In this document: piece after piece, positions 10,969 through 19,603 of the stretch
Layout: the number at the start of each line of letters is the position of its first letter
Position numbering within the stretch: position 1 is the stretch's first letter
NCBI GenBank assembly: GCA_903903945.1
Contig: CAIVAP010000112.1
Span: 1 to 63,966 of the forward strand
Reading direction: 5' to 3'
From: an uncultured bacterium
GTDB taxonomy: Bacteria; Zixibacteria; MSB-5A5; CAIYYT01
Length of the DNA stretch: 63,966 nucleotides
Notes under the pieces: generated by a model
What the model saw: only the letters and a program-made list of their open reading frames with translations
Databases searched by the model: none
Told to the model about the DNA's origin: nothing
Made by a program: the position numbers and the translations under genes

Positions 10969-11484
10969 TTAACTGCAGTGTAACGAGGCCATTTGCTTCA
11001 GATCGTTGGTTATCCGCGCGACCACCGTGTCAACGGAGACCTGTACTGCTTCTGTCAGGCCGATACCGGCGGAGAAATCCGTCCCCTCAATACCATAAAC
11101 CAAAAGCCGCGTTGGCAGCTTGTTGAGCGCCCGCGCCAGTTCGACCGCTTCGGCGACGCTAAAGGCATGGGTCGAATAGTTGAAGAAATCGCTCGGAATC
11201 GGCGAATTGCCGGCGTCAAAAAAATGCACGGCGCCCGGTGAGGACTCCGATTGTGCGGCATCGATGATAATGACCAGATCGGCTTCGCGGAAATGCTCCA
11301 GCAGCGAGGCTCCTTCGCCGGAATGAGCCAGAACTCGGACTCGCGGCTGATTGAGTTTGTCAATATGCCGCGCCACTTCGGCACCAACGCCATCGTCGCG
11401 CCGGTATTCATTGCCGACGCCGATAATCAGCGCCAGACTTCGCTTGTTGCTTTCGCTCTCCCCACCATCCATCACGTCGTTCAC
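10969..11484 (-). CDS. NiFe hydrogenase maturation endopeptidase
   Basis: 171 aa with the protease motif [16 protein letters not shown]. Its GTG start overlaps the large-subunit stop. An ATG at 11472 is an alternative start. Confidence 0.85.
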   Translation of the reverse strand: MNDVMDGGESESNKRSLALIIGVGNEYRRDDGVGAEVARHIDKLNQPRVRVLAHSGEGASLLEHFREADLVIIIDAAQSESSPGAVHFFDAGNSPIPSDFFNYSTHAFSVAEAVELARALNKLPTRLLVYGIEGTDFSAGIGLTEAVQVSVDTVVARITNDLKQMASLHCS

Positions 11485-12773
11485 TCTCGCACGATCTCGA
11501 GTTTCAGAAAATGAGTCGCGCAGGAGATGCAGGGGTCATAGTTACGAACTGCCTGCTCGCATTGCCACGTCAGTTTTTCATCGGACAACTCAAGATGCTT
11601 CGGTACGAATTCGGCGAGATCACCCTCAATCGTTTTCTGATTCTGAGACGTCGGCGGGACGATCTTCGCGTCCAAGATGATGCCGCTGTCATCCAGGCGA
11701 TACCGATGATAGCAGATGCCGCGCGGAGCTTCCGAGCAACCGCAGCCAGTCGCGGCGCGCGGAGTTGCCTCCACGTATGGCTTATCCGGCTTTTCGTATT
11801 CGTTGATAATCCGTAGCGCTTCTTCACAGGCCCAAACGACTTCCACACTGCGAACAATGATGCTCTTGAAAGGATTGTTGCAGGTTTCGCCCAATCCGGC
11901 TTCTTTCGCCACCTGCTGTGCGAGCGGTGTCAGGCGATCATAATTGAGACTATAGCGTGCCAGTGGCCCGACAAAATAGGCGCCGCGAGCCTTGAGAACG
12001 GAATGCAACGCGTGCGAGTGCTTGGCATGTTCTTCGGCAAAGTGCTGCTCGTAGTCTTTGATTTCAATATCCAGTCCCTGGTTCGAAACCAAACGGCCTT
12101 CAAAAAGCGGATACTCGTCCGGATGCCGCAGCGCGACAAATTCGTAGTCGCGCTCGAAATCGGGGAATTTCAACGTGGTGACGAATTTGACCGTCTCGAC
12201 CGCAGCGTCACGCGCCCACTTCAACTCTTCCGCAATCGCCTTAAACTTCGCTTTGTCGGGAGCTTTGTAGAACCCGCCAACGCGAACGTTGATCGGATGA
12301 ATTTCGCGACCGCCGACAATGGTCATCAGGTCATTGCCGACTTTCTTCAGACGCAAACCGCGCTGAACTGCCTCGGGATAGTCCTTGGCCATCTGGATTG
12401 CGTCCTCGTACCCGAGGAAATCGGGAGCGTGCAGCATGTAAACGTGCAGCACGTGACTCTCGATCCATTCGCCGCAGTAAATCAGACGCCGCAAGGCGCG
12501 GAGTTGACCATCGACCTTCATGCCCAACGCCTGCTCCATGGCAGTGACAGCACCCATCTGGTAGGCAATCGGGCAGATACCGCAAATTCGGGCGGTGATG
12601 TCGGGGGCTTCTTTGTATTCGCGGCCACGCAGAAACGCCTCGAAGAAACGCGGGGGTTCGAAGATCTTGAATTTGACGTCTTCAACCTTGTTGTCTTTTA
12701 TCTTCACATAAAGCGATCCCTCGCCCTCGACGCGGGCCAGGTAATCGACTTTGATAAGTCTATTGCCTTTCAT
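11481..12773 (-). CDS. hyhL: NiFe hydrogenase large (alpha) subunit, group-3b-like
   Basis: 430 aa. Ni-Fe ligand motifs are [10 protein letters not shown] near the N-terminus and DPCISCATH at the C-terminus. The ARVEGEG...PRFFEA N-terminus resembles Pyrococcus sulfhydrogenase alpha as I recall it. Operon partners are AsrA/AsrB-like subunits. The gene symbol is by analogy only. Confidence 0.88.
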   Translation of the reverse strand: MKGNRLIKVDYLARVEGEGSLYVKIKDNKVEDVKFKIFEPPRFFEAFLRGREYKEAPDITARICGICPIAYQMGAVTAMEQALGMKVDGQLRALRRLIYCGEWIESHVLHVYMLHAPDFLGYEDAIQMAKDYPEAVQRGLRLKKVGNDLMTIVGGREIHPINVRVGGFYKAPDKAKFKAIAEELKWARDAAVETVKFVTTLKFPDFERDYEFVALRHPDEYPLFEGRLVSNQGLDIEIKDYEQHFAEEHAKHSHALHSVLKARGAYFVGPLARYSLNYDRLTPLAQQVAKEAGLGETCNNPFKSIIVRSVEVVWACEEALRIINEYEKPDKPYVEATPRAATGCGCSEAPRGICYHRYRLDDSGIILDAKIVPPTSQNQKTIEGDLAEFVPKHLELSDEKLTWQCEQAVRNYDPCISCATHFLKLEIVRE

Positions 12774-13542
12774 GCGCGTCCCCCTCTTTCCGGAATGTGT
12801 CGGAACCGGCGTTGAAGCTGCGATAGGCGCGAATCAATTGCTCGTCGGTGACACCGGATTTATGGAACTGCTCGCTTAGCGAGATGGTATTGGCCGTCTC
12901 TTTCGGACCGAAGCAGCCGTAGCAACCGCGGTCAAACGTCGGGCAAATTGCACCGCAACCGGCATGAGTCACCGGTCCCATGCAGGGGGTTCCCTGTGCA
13001 ACCATGACACATGAAGTTCCTTTCAGCTTGCATTCCACGCAGACGCCGTATGCCGGTGTGTTCGGTTTGCGTCCGTTTAGAAAGGCGCTGAGCACTTCAA
13101 CAAGTTGCATTTTGTTGATCGGACAGCCGCGCAACTCGAAATCGACATGCACATGGTAGCCGATCGGCGTGGACTTGTGCAGCGTCTCGATGTATTGCGG
13201 GGAAGCGTAAACATAGTTGGTGTAATCCGTGACATTGGCAAAATTCCGCAACGCCTGTATGCCACCGGCCGTAGCGCAGGCGCCGATAGTGATCAGATAC
13301 TTCGACATCTTGCGCACTTTCTGGATGCGCTCGGCGTCGTGGGAGGTCGTGATCGAACCTTCCACCAGCGACAGGTCGTAGGGACCTTTGGTCAAGGCGC
13401 GAGTCGCTTCCGGGAAGTTGGCGATTTCGACAGCACCGGCAACCGCCAGCAATTCATCTTCGCAGTCCAACAGGCTTAGTTGGCAACCGTCACAGGAAGC
13501 GAATTTCCATACTGCGAGTTTCGGTTTAGTATTCGTAGGCAT
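12760..13542 (-). CDS. hyhS: NiFe hydrogenase small (delta) subunit, group-3-type
   Basis: FASCDGCQ and GACATAGG FeS motifs plus a distal Cys cluster (CVECK...CMGP...CGAICP). The track starts at TTG 13563. I prefer ATG 13542 ([14 protein letters not shown]), one nt after the upstream stop. Confidence 0.85.
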   Translation of the reverse strand: MPTNTKPKLAVWKFASCDGCQLSLLDCEDELLAVAGAVEIANFPEATRALTKGPYDLSLVEGSITTSHDAERIQKVRKMSKYLITIGACATAGGIQALRNFANVTDYTNYVYASPQYIETLHKSTPIGYHVHVDFELRGCPINKMQLVEVLSAFLNGRKPNTPAYGVCVECKLKGTSCVMVAQGTPCMGPVTHAGCGAICPTFDRGCYGCFGPKETANTISLSEQFHKSGVTDEQLIRAYRSFNAGSDTFRKEGDAHERQ

Positions 13543-13543
13543 T

Positions 13544-14413
13544 TCAGATTTCCCGCCGTGCAAGAAGTTCGATAACCTGATCGTAAGTATAGACCGGGCC
13601 GTCTTTGCAGATGAAAGTCGGGCCGTACTGGCAATGCCCGCACAGGCCGATTCCGCATTTCATATTGCGTTCCATGGAGACGTAGATGCGGTCAAGAGTC
13701 ATTTCCTTCTTGATCAAGTCCATGGCTACGAAACGCATCATGATTTCCGGTCCGCAGATCATAGCGACGGTATTATCAGAATCGAGGACAAGTTTCTTGA
13801 GCAGAGTTGTTACGACCCCGACGTTGCCGTGCCAGTCGGAGGAAGCGCGGTCAACAGTCACCAGGACTTCCATATCGAAACGGGCGCGCCATTTCTCCAA
13901 TTCACCGCGGTAGAGCAGATCATCAGGCGTGCGCGTGCCATAGAACAGGAATACCTTGCCATATTTGCGACGCTCGGCCAGCACCTGATAAATGACCGGA
14001 CGCAACGGCGCCAGACCGATACCGCCGGCAATAATCACTACGTCGTTGCCGACGGCTTCTTGGACAGGCCAGCAGCTTCCAAACGGTCCGCGCACTCCGA
14101 TCGTGTCGCCTACTTTCAGCTTTGACATTGCTTTGGTAACACTGCCGACCGTACGAATTGTGTGAATCAGCGGATTCGGCAAGGACGGATCGCCGCTGAT
14201 TGAGATCGCGGCCTCTCCCACACCGAATTTGTATAGCATATTGAATTGGCCGGCTTTGAATCGATGTTCCCCCGTCCCACTCGCAGACTTGAGCTCCAAT
14301 GTGTAGGTGTCATGAGTCTCCTTGCGATATTTCTCCACCCGAAAGATTTCCGGCACCATCGGCCTAACAACAGCTTCTTTGGGAGCCGCCTTGGAATCAA
14401 ACACGGGTTCCAT
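13544..14413 (-). CDS. hyhG: Hydrogenase gamma subunit: FAD/NAD(P)-binding oxidoreductase with 2Fe-2S (AsrB/PyrK-like)
   Basis: Ferredoxin-reductase-type fold ([19 protein letters not shown]) and a C-terminal cluster [10 protein letters not shown]. The track starts at TTG 14470. ATG 14413 or ATG 14359 are more likely starts. Confidence 0.82.
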   Translation of the reverse strand: MEPVFDSKAAPKEAVVRPMVPEIFRVEKYRKETHDTYTLELKSASGTGEHRFKAGQFNMLYKFGVGEAAISISGDPSLPNPLIHTIRTVGSVTKAMSKLKVGDTIGVRGPFGSCWPVQEAVGNDVVIIAGGIGLAPLRPVIYQVLAERRKYGKVFLFYGTRTPDDLLYRGELEKWRARFDMEVLVTVDRASSDWHGNVGVVTTLLKKLVLDSDNTVAMICGPEIMMRFVAMDLIKKEMTLDRIYVSMERNMKCGIGLCGHCQYGPTFICKDGPVYTYDQVIELLARREI

Positions 14414-14858
14414 AGATGTCCAACAGTTGAAGTCTTGTCGCTGAAAGCCGCTCGACGATGATTTTGACAAACCGCTTCAGCATTTCATATCCCAAATGAT
14501 GATCTTCTTCCAGCTTTCCGCGCAGACACTTGCCATCGAACCGGATGGCGCGAGTCAAGACGACGGCCCTCGCATCAAAATGTGAACGATAGGGTGGCAA
14601 CAGCCACGACCAGCCCATTACCTCACCATCTTCCAACGTCTCCACGGTAATCGGTCCGTGCGTCGGACTAAACAACTCCAGCGCTACCTTGCCCTGACGA
14701 ATGATGAAGAATTCCGAGGCATCTTGTCCCTCGCGAGAGATGAAGTCGCCGGCATCATACTTGACGTTTGAAGCACAGCCCACGAGCAGCTTCAATAGTT
14801 CCGGCGACATACCCGTAAAGAACGGGTGCGCGGCCAGAATCGGTTCCAATGTCTCCAT
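14397..14858 (-). CDS. Stand-alone cyclic-nucleotide-binding domain protein with no DNA-binding domain
   Basis: 153 aa. The cNMP beta-roll is visible (FISREGQDASEFFIIRQGKVALE) and the phosphate-binding-cassette-like segment GEVMGWSWLLPPYRSHFDARAV retains Gly-Glu and Arg-Ser. The protein ends after the C-helix, so there is no HTH. The ATG lies 1 nt after the upstream stop, and the 3' end overlaps the next gene. Confidence 0.8.
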   Translation of the reverse strand: METLEPILAAHPFFTGMSPELLKLLVGCASNVKYDAGDFISREGQDASEFFIIRQGKVALELFSPTHGPITVETLEDGEVMGWSWLLPPYRSHFDARAVVLTRAIRFDGKCLRGKLEEDHHLGYEMLKRFVKIIVERLSATRLQLLDIYGTRV

Positions 14859-14859
14859 C

Positions 14860-16026
14860 CTAATGCTCCTTTATTGCCATGGTCGCTTTGTCGCTTTTAT
14901 CGCCTGCCCGAATAGCGCGCGCCTCCTCGGTGATGTCGATACCGACAGGGCACCAGGTAATACATCTGCCACATCCCACACACCCCGAAGTACCGAATTG
15001 ATCTTGCCAGGCGGCGAGTTTGTGAGTCATCCACTGACGATAGCGCGATTTCGGTGAATTGCGAATACTACCACCGTGAATGTATGAGAAATCAAGCGTA
15101 AAGCAAGAGTCCCAGTGCCGTGTGCGCTCGGCATTCTGACCGGTGAGATCAGTCGTATCCACGACAGTCATGCAGAAGCAGGTCGGACACACCATCGTGC
15201 AATTGGTACAGGTCAGACAGCGGCCTGCAACATTCTCCCAGCGCGCACACTCAACGTTGCGATAGAGTAACTCGTAGATTCCGGTCGTGTCCAGTTGCCG
15301 CCCCATTTTCTTGGCCGCTTTTTCCATCAAGTCCTTGGCGTCCTGTTGTTCTTCCGCAGTTGCTTGCTGTTTGGTTATCTCCGCGAGCACTTCCGCGCCC
15401 AAAACGCTACCCGACTCGGCGACGAAGTAATGACGTTGGCCGTCGATCACTTCCGTGAGCGCCAAGTCAAAACCACAGGTAGCTTTGGGACCGGTCTTCA
15501 TCGAGACGCAAAAACAGGTACCACCCGTGGTGACGCAGTTCACGGCTACGATGAATGCCTTTTCGCGCCGCGCTTTGTAGACGGGGTCTGTGTACTCGCC
15601 CTGTAAGAAAATCTTATCCTGAATCGCGATCGCATGCAACTCGCAGGAGCGCACGCCGATCAATGCGTACTTGGGAGCTTCCGCGGCTTCCGGCGCCACT
15701 ACCACTTCGCCTTTCTGCAGATTGGCTTTCCACAGGCTGAGCACCGGCGGATAGAGAAACTTCTTCCACGAGTGCGGCCCGACCACATAACCGAAGTATG
15801 CTGCGTCTTTGCGACTCGCCAATCGGTAACGGCCGGCATCCTGTTCATCGGTCCAGCCGACCGGAAGATCGGCCGTGGAATTTAGTTCATCGTAGGCAAT
15901 CGCGCCGTCGCGGATCGTCGGCCCGACAAGCTGGTAGTCCCGTTTCTGCAGAACGGTGAATAGCGTTTGTAGCTGCTCTTGTTTGAAGGTCACTTGTTGC
16001 TCAATCTCCACAACCGGTTCCAACAT
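14860..16026 (-). CDS. hyhB: Hydrogenase beta subunit: 4Fe-4S dicluster protein (AsrA/HydB-like)
   Basis: 388 aa with ferredoxin motifs CLTCTNCTMVCPTC and CVGCGRCITWCP. It is the first gene of the structural operon. Confidence 0.82.
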   Translation of the reverse strand: MLEPVVEIEQQVTFKQEQLQTLFTVLQKRDYQLVGPTIRDGAIAYDELNSTADLPVGWTDEQDAGRYRLASRKDAAYFGYVVGPHSWKKFLYPPVLSLWKANLQKGEVVVAPEAAEAPKYALIGVRSCELHAIAIQDKIFLQGEYTDPVYKARREKAFIVAVNCVTTGGTCFCVSMKTGPKATCGFDLALTEVIDGQRHYFVAESGSVLGAEVLAEITKQQATAEEQQDAKDLMEKAAKKMGRQLDTTGIYELLYRNVECARWENVAGRCLTCTNCTMVCPTCFCMTVVDTTDLTGQNAERTRHWDSCFTLDFSYIHGGSIRNSPKSRYRQWMTHKLAAWQDQFGTSGCVGCGRCITWCPVGIDITEEARAIRAGDKSDKATMAIKEH

Positions 16027-16268
16027 ATAACCTTTTCCTCAAGTAACGAAGACCCTGCGGCGTTCTCTGGTTGATGTCTTGTCAACTGGACCGTGCATAT
16101 TCCTCTTTCAAGATCGGCATCGACGATGAGAAATCACAGATATTATTTATCGTCTATCCTGATATTAGGACGCTGCCTCGTAGTATTCCATCCACTGGCC
16201 GGGCAACCTCCAAGATCGTCATAAAGATACGTTTGGACTGTCGGCCTGTCACGGGAAAAAGCCAAAGA

Positions 16269-16286
16269 TTGTGAAAATAGTCGCAA
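16269..16286. promoter_or_regulatory. Near-consensus CRP/FNR-type site TTGTGA-N6-TCGCAA upstream of the hydrogenase operon
   Basis: The sequence ttgtgaaaatagtcgcaa matches 11 of 12 positions of the perfect palindrome at 59068-59085. It lies in the 387-nt gap, 243-260 nt upstream of the hyhB ATG. Confidence 0.3.
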
Positions 16287-16413
16287 GCACTAAGGATAAC
16301 CCATTTTATTTCATATTGATACGTCGGGGCACTGTCTTTAGAAAAGGCCTCTCTGCCACGCGCAAGCCATCCGATCATGGGACGAGAATGGGCGTTAGCA
16401 ATGCTGTCTGGTA

Positions 16414-17916
16414 CTATGGTTGCACACCTTGATGGCATTCGTAGCAGCCGGTTTCCTTCCAAGCATTGTCGATGTCAATCGGGTGCTTGAATTCAAGCCC
16501 TGTGCCCGAAGAATCCCGCTCAACCGAGTTGTCGGCGCCTTGCATCATGATCGTGTGGCAAGCTTTGCAGTCATGACTGATTTTGACGCCCGCCGCAGTC
16601 TGATGTGCCCCGTCGTGGCAGCGCATGCAGCCTCTGTCGTTGAAGTGTCCAATGTTATTGGGATAGGCCGACCAGCGAGCTTTCATGTGCGGGAAGATGT
16701 TCTGCGCAAATGCCTGCTGAGCACCAGCAATCGACCCGGTGATCTTGTCGGGCGCGGTCGTCTGATCGCCGGACTGATAGTGACTCGTGATAGCTTCGGC
16801 AATGCCGGCGGAGGCAGAGTCTTTCGTACCATATTCCAGCGTGAGTGCTTCGACCGCTACTTTTTTGATAGAAGGCAGCGACGGGTCAATCATACCACCT
16901 TCGATAACTCGATCGACAGCGTAATCGGGCGAATGATAGACATGGCTAGGGCGGTTGTGGCAATCGATACAATCCATTTTCCTTATTTCGCTGGAAGCAA
17001 ACGTCTGCTCATCAAGCGGTTGCGCATTGTCCTGATAGACCGTCTGCTTGCCGGTTTTCCTGTCCGTCACCCGCACCCAGGGGATATCCTGGCGTCGTTC
17101 GTCACGGGAGATGTATTCAATCTTGATGTCTTTGTTGATATGCCAGTGAATGCCGGCTCGCTGTCCCAGACCCGGCTCGCCGGTATCGGTCTTGAGAAGA
17201 ATCATCGCCGACCAGCGAGTGTTGGCATCATCGTACATGTAATGGGTAAACTTTCGCAATCCGGTGCCGTAGGTTTTCTCCGGCCAATGGCACTGTTCAC
17301 AGGTTTCGCGCGCCGGACGAAGATTGTGAATCGGTGTGGGGATAGGTCGCGGATACTTGTTGAACAGCGCAGCGTAGACCTGATAAGATCCGGACAGCTT
17401 CGATTTGGCATACCAGCCCGCGCCATATCCGACGTGGCACTCCGTGCAGGCCACTCGCGCGTGTGGCGACTGCAAATAGGCCGTGTGCTCCGGCTCCATA
17501 ATCTTGTGGCAGGTTGTGCCGCAGAACGTGACCGATTCGGTGAAATGATAGGCCTGATAGCTGCCGACCGCGCTTAAGGTCACGAAAAGTACCGTACCCA
17601 GCACGAAGACGATTGTGGCGTTGCGGTGATGGCTGTTGTTGAGATCGATATGGGGCCATTTGCGCTCCGAGACACTCTCGCCTCGCTGCCAGAGACGCCA
17701 CCGGCGGTACATACCGACCGGGATCAAAAGCAGTCCCAGCACCAACAGCGCCGGCAAGACCATGTATAGGAAAATGCCGAAATAGGCGTTGGTCTGTTCC
17801 ATGCTGACGTTGATGAGCAGCATGATCAGGCCGATCATTCCCATGACGACTGCCAGGACCACGCCGGCTATGCTGAAAGAATTATAAGCTAAACGCGGGA
17901 ATTTGGGTTGCTCCAT
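16414..17916 (-). CDS. Membrane-anchored multihaem c-type cytochrome (NapC/NirT/NrfH-like); candidate quinol dehydrogenase
   Basis: Three predicted TM helices are followed by CGTTCH (Cx3CH) and six CxxCH motifs (CTECH, CEQCH, CIDCH, CMRCH, CKACH, CYECH). The track starts at TTG 17982. I prefer ATG 17916 (MEQPKFPRL), which has a purine-rich stretch upstream. Confidence 0.8.
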   Translation of the reverse strand: MEQPKFPRLAYNSFSIAGVVLAVVMGMIGLIMLLINVSMEQTNAYFGIFLYMVLPALLVLGLLLIPVGMYRRWRLWQRGESVSERKWPHIDLNNSHHRNATIVFVLGTVLFVTLSAVGSYQAYHFTESVTFCGTTCHKIMEPEHTAYLQSPHARVACTECHVGYGAGWYAKSKLSGSYQVYAALFNKYPRPIPTPIHNLRPARETCEQCHWPEKTYGTGLRKFTHYMYDDANTRWSAMILLKTDTGEPGLGQRAGIHWHINKDIKIEYISRDERRQDIPWVRVTDRKTGKQTVYQDNAQPLDEQTFASSEIRKMDCIDCHNRPSHVYHSPDYAVDRVIEGGMIDPSLPSIKKVAVEALTLEYGTKDSASAGIAEAITSHYQSGDQTTAPDKITGSIAGAQQAFAQNIFPHMKARWSAYPNNIGHFNDRGCMRCHDGAHQTAAGVKISHDCKACHTIMMQGADNSVERDSSGTGLEFKHPIDIDNAWKETGCYECHQGVQP

Positions 17917-17992
17917 GGCTTCTCTCGTATCTGGATTAGTTGTTACCGCTACCGAAACTTTTTCGTCGGGCAGAGCATACAATTCGCGCCGA

Positions 17993-18014
17993 GTAAAATC
18001 AAGAGAGATTTTAC
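17993..18014. promoter_or_regulatory. 22-bp perfect palindrome GTAAAATC-N6-GATTTTAC upstream of the cytochrome gene
   Basis: gtaaaatc (17993-18000) and gattttac (18007-18014) form an exact 8-bp inverted repeat. It sits in the divergent intergenic region, 77-98 nt upstream of ATG 17916. Confidence 0.35.
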
Positions 18015-18154
18015 CGCTTCAGCCCACGTCACATGTCAGTTGCCTGCCGTATCGGCCATCGGTAAGAAATCCCTTGCCAACGCCGACAAGACATGCTATG
18101 TTGGTCAGTGTGTGTTGACGTCTCAATTACCCGGTCTACTTCTTGGAGGATATC

Positions 18155-19135
18155 ATGACAAAAATACGATTGTTGCTGGTCGTTTTAGCATTGCTGCTGC
18201 CTGCCGCGACGCCATCGCTTTCCGCGGTCGCGATCATTGCCGACCATACCACGGTCGCCAAGTTCAATCAGATTCCGATCAGTTACTTCAATCAAATCCG
18301 CGCCGATTACCACTTCTTCTATGGACACACATCGCATGGCAGCCAAATCATGACCGGGCTGGGCATGTTGGCAGCGGAAAACGCCACCCAATACGCGCTG
18401 CCAAGTGTCTACGAGCCCCAAGACGGTATGGACCTTCGTTATAATGGTGATACTAGCTGGGTACCGGAAACGCGGGCTTATCTTGACGCTCATCCGGAGT
18501 GCAACTTTGTCATGTGGTCCTGGTGCGGAGGTGTCTCTGACAACACTGAAGAAGGAATCAACACCTACCTCGACGCAATGAATCAACTCGAACTGGCATA
18601 TCCCAATGTTAAGTTCCTCCACATGACTGGTCACCTTGATGGCAGCGGCGTTGACGGCAATCTCTATCTCCGCAACAATCAGATTCGCGCCTGGTGTGCC
18701 GCCCATGGCAAGATACTCTTTGACTTTGCCGACATCGAGAGCTACAGCCCCGACAACACCTACTATCCCGACGGCAGTGATGCCTGCGAATGGTGTTATA
18801 CATGGTGTGCCGGTAATTCCTGTCCCGCCTGTGGTGACTGCGCACATTCGCACTGCTTTAATTGCTATCAGAAGGGCAAGGCTTGGTGGTGGATGCTTGC
18901 GCGTGTGGCGGGCTGGAATCCCGAGCCGGCGACATGTGGTGACGCCAACTCGGACGGAGGGGTTAATATTAGTGATGCCGTCTATCTGATCGCGTATATT
19001 TTCTCCGGTGGTCCGGCGCCCAGCCCGCTCGGCTACGGCAACGTTAACTGCGACAGCGGGATTAATATCTCCGATGCCGTCTATTTGATTGGCTATATTT
19101 TCAGTGGTGGTTCGGCCCCCTGTGCGGGTTGCTGA
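18155..19135 (+). CDS. Secreted Cys-rich protein with a C-terminal twin dockerin-like module
   Basis: ATG 18155 lies 4 nt after GGAGGA; the track starts at TTG 18143. Signal peptide MTKIRLLLVVLALLLPAATPSLSA. The catalytic domain is unidentified. The C-terminal 66 aa read CGDANSDGGVNISDAVYLIAYIFSGGPAPSPLGYGNVNCDSGINISDAVYLIGYIFSGGSAPCAGC. Confidence 0.8.
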   Translation: MTKIRLLLVVLALLLPAATPSLSAVAIIADHTTVAKFNQIPISYFNQIRADYHFFYGHTSHGSQIMTGLGMLAAENATQYALPSVYEPQDGMDLRYNGDTSWVPETRAYLDAHPECNFVMWSWCGGVSDNTEEGINTYLDAMNQLELAYPNVKFLHMTGHLDGSGVDGNLYLRNNQIRAWCAAHGKILFDFADIESYSPDNTYYPDGSDACEWCYTWCAGNSCPACGDCAHSHCFNCYQKGKAWWWMLARVAGWNPEPATCGDANSDGGVNISDAVYLIAYIFSGGPAPSPLGYGNVNCDSGINISDAVYLIGYIFSGGSAPCAGC

Positions 19136-19141
19136 TGATTT

Positions 19142-19579
19142 CTACTTATTTGCCGCCTGTTTCTGGCAATAGGCATACAGAGCATCATAGACGATCATCT
19201 GTTTTGCCAGTATTTCGTGATCATCCTTAAGACCGAGATATCGGAAGCCTTCGGCAATCGCAGCCAATCCCGGCGCTTCCTGACGGCCATAGAGGTCATC
19301 AGAACAGTCGGCCCCATGGACTATCCGCGCTAATAGCTCGATTGCGGGGTCGTCGATTCTGTACTTCGCAGCGATCGCTTCAAAACTGCACTTGCCTCCG
19401 TGATGTCCCAATTCAGCACCTTCGACATCAAAGGGAATGGCTTTCTCACGCGCGGCCACTTCCTGCACCTGACCGTGCGGCACGAAAAAAAACTCCGCTT
19501 GCGCATCCACGAACCGCTTGATGAGCCAAGGACATGCTACCCGATCCACTTTGACGTGTTCGCGTGTTACCCATTTCAT
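19142..19579 (-). CDS. ChrB C-terminal domain-like protein (chromate-resistance family)
   Basis: 145 aa starting MKWVTREHVKVDRVACPWLIKRFVD. I recognise this as the ChrB-domain signature from memory only. Confidence 0.6.
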   Translation of the reverse strand: MKWVTREHVKVDRVACPWLIKRFVDAQAEFFFVPHGQVQEVAAREKAIPFDVEGAELGHHGGKCSFEAIAAKYRIDDPAIELLARIVHGADCSDDLYGRQEAPGLAAIAEGFRYLGLKDDHEILAKQMIVYDALYAYCQKQAANK

Positions 19580-19603
19580 CCAAAGACTCCTTTCAGTTGT
19601 TGC

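Noticed and set aside
11481-12773. Possibility of a NiFeSe (selenocysteine) hydrogenase or a recoded large subunit.
   Set aside because: The C-terminal motif is DPCISCATH with Cys at both positions. The frame is uninterrupted, with no in-frame TGA.
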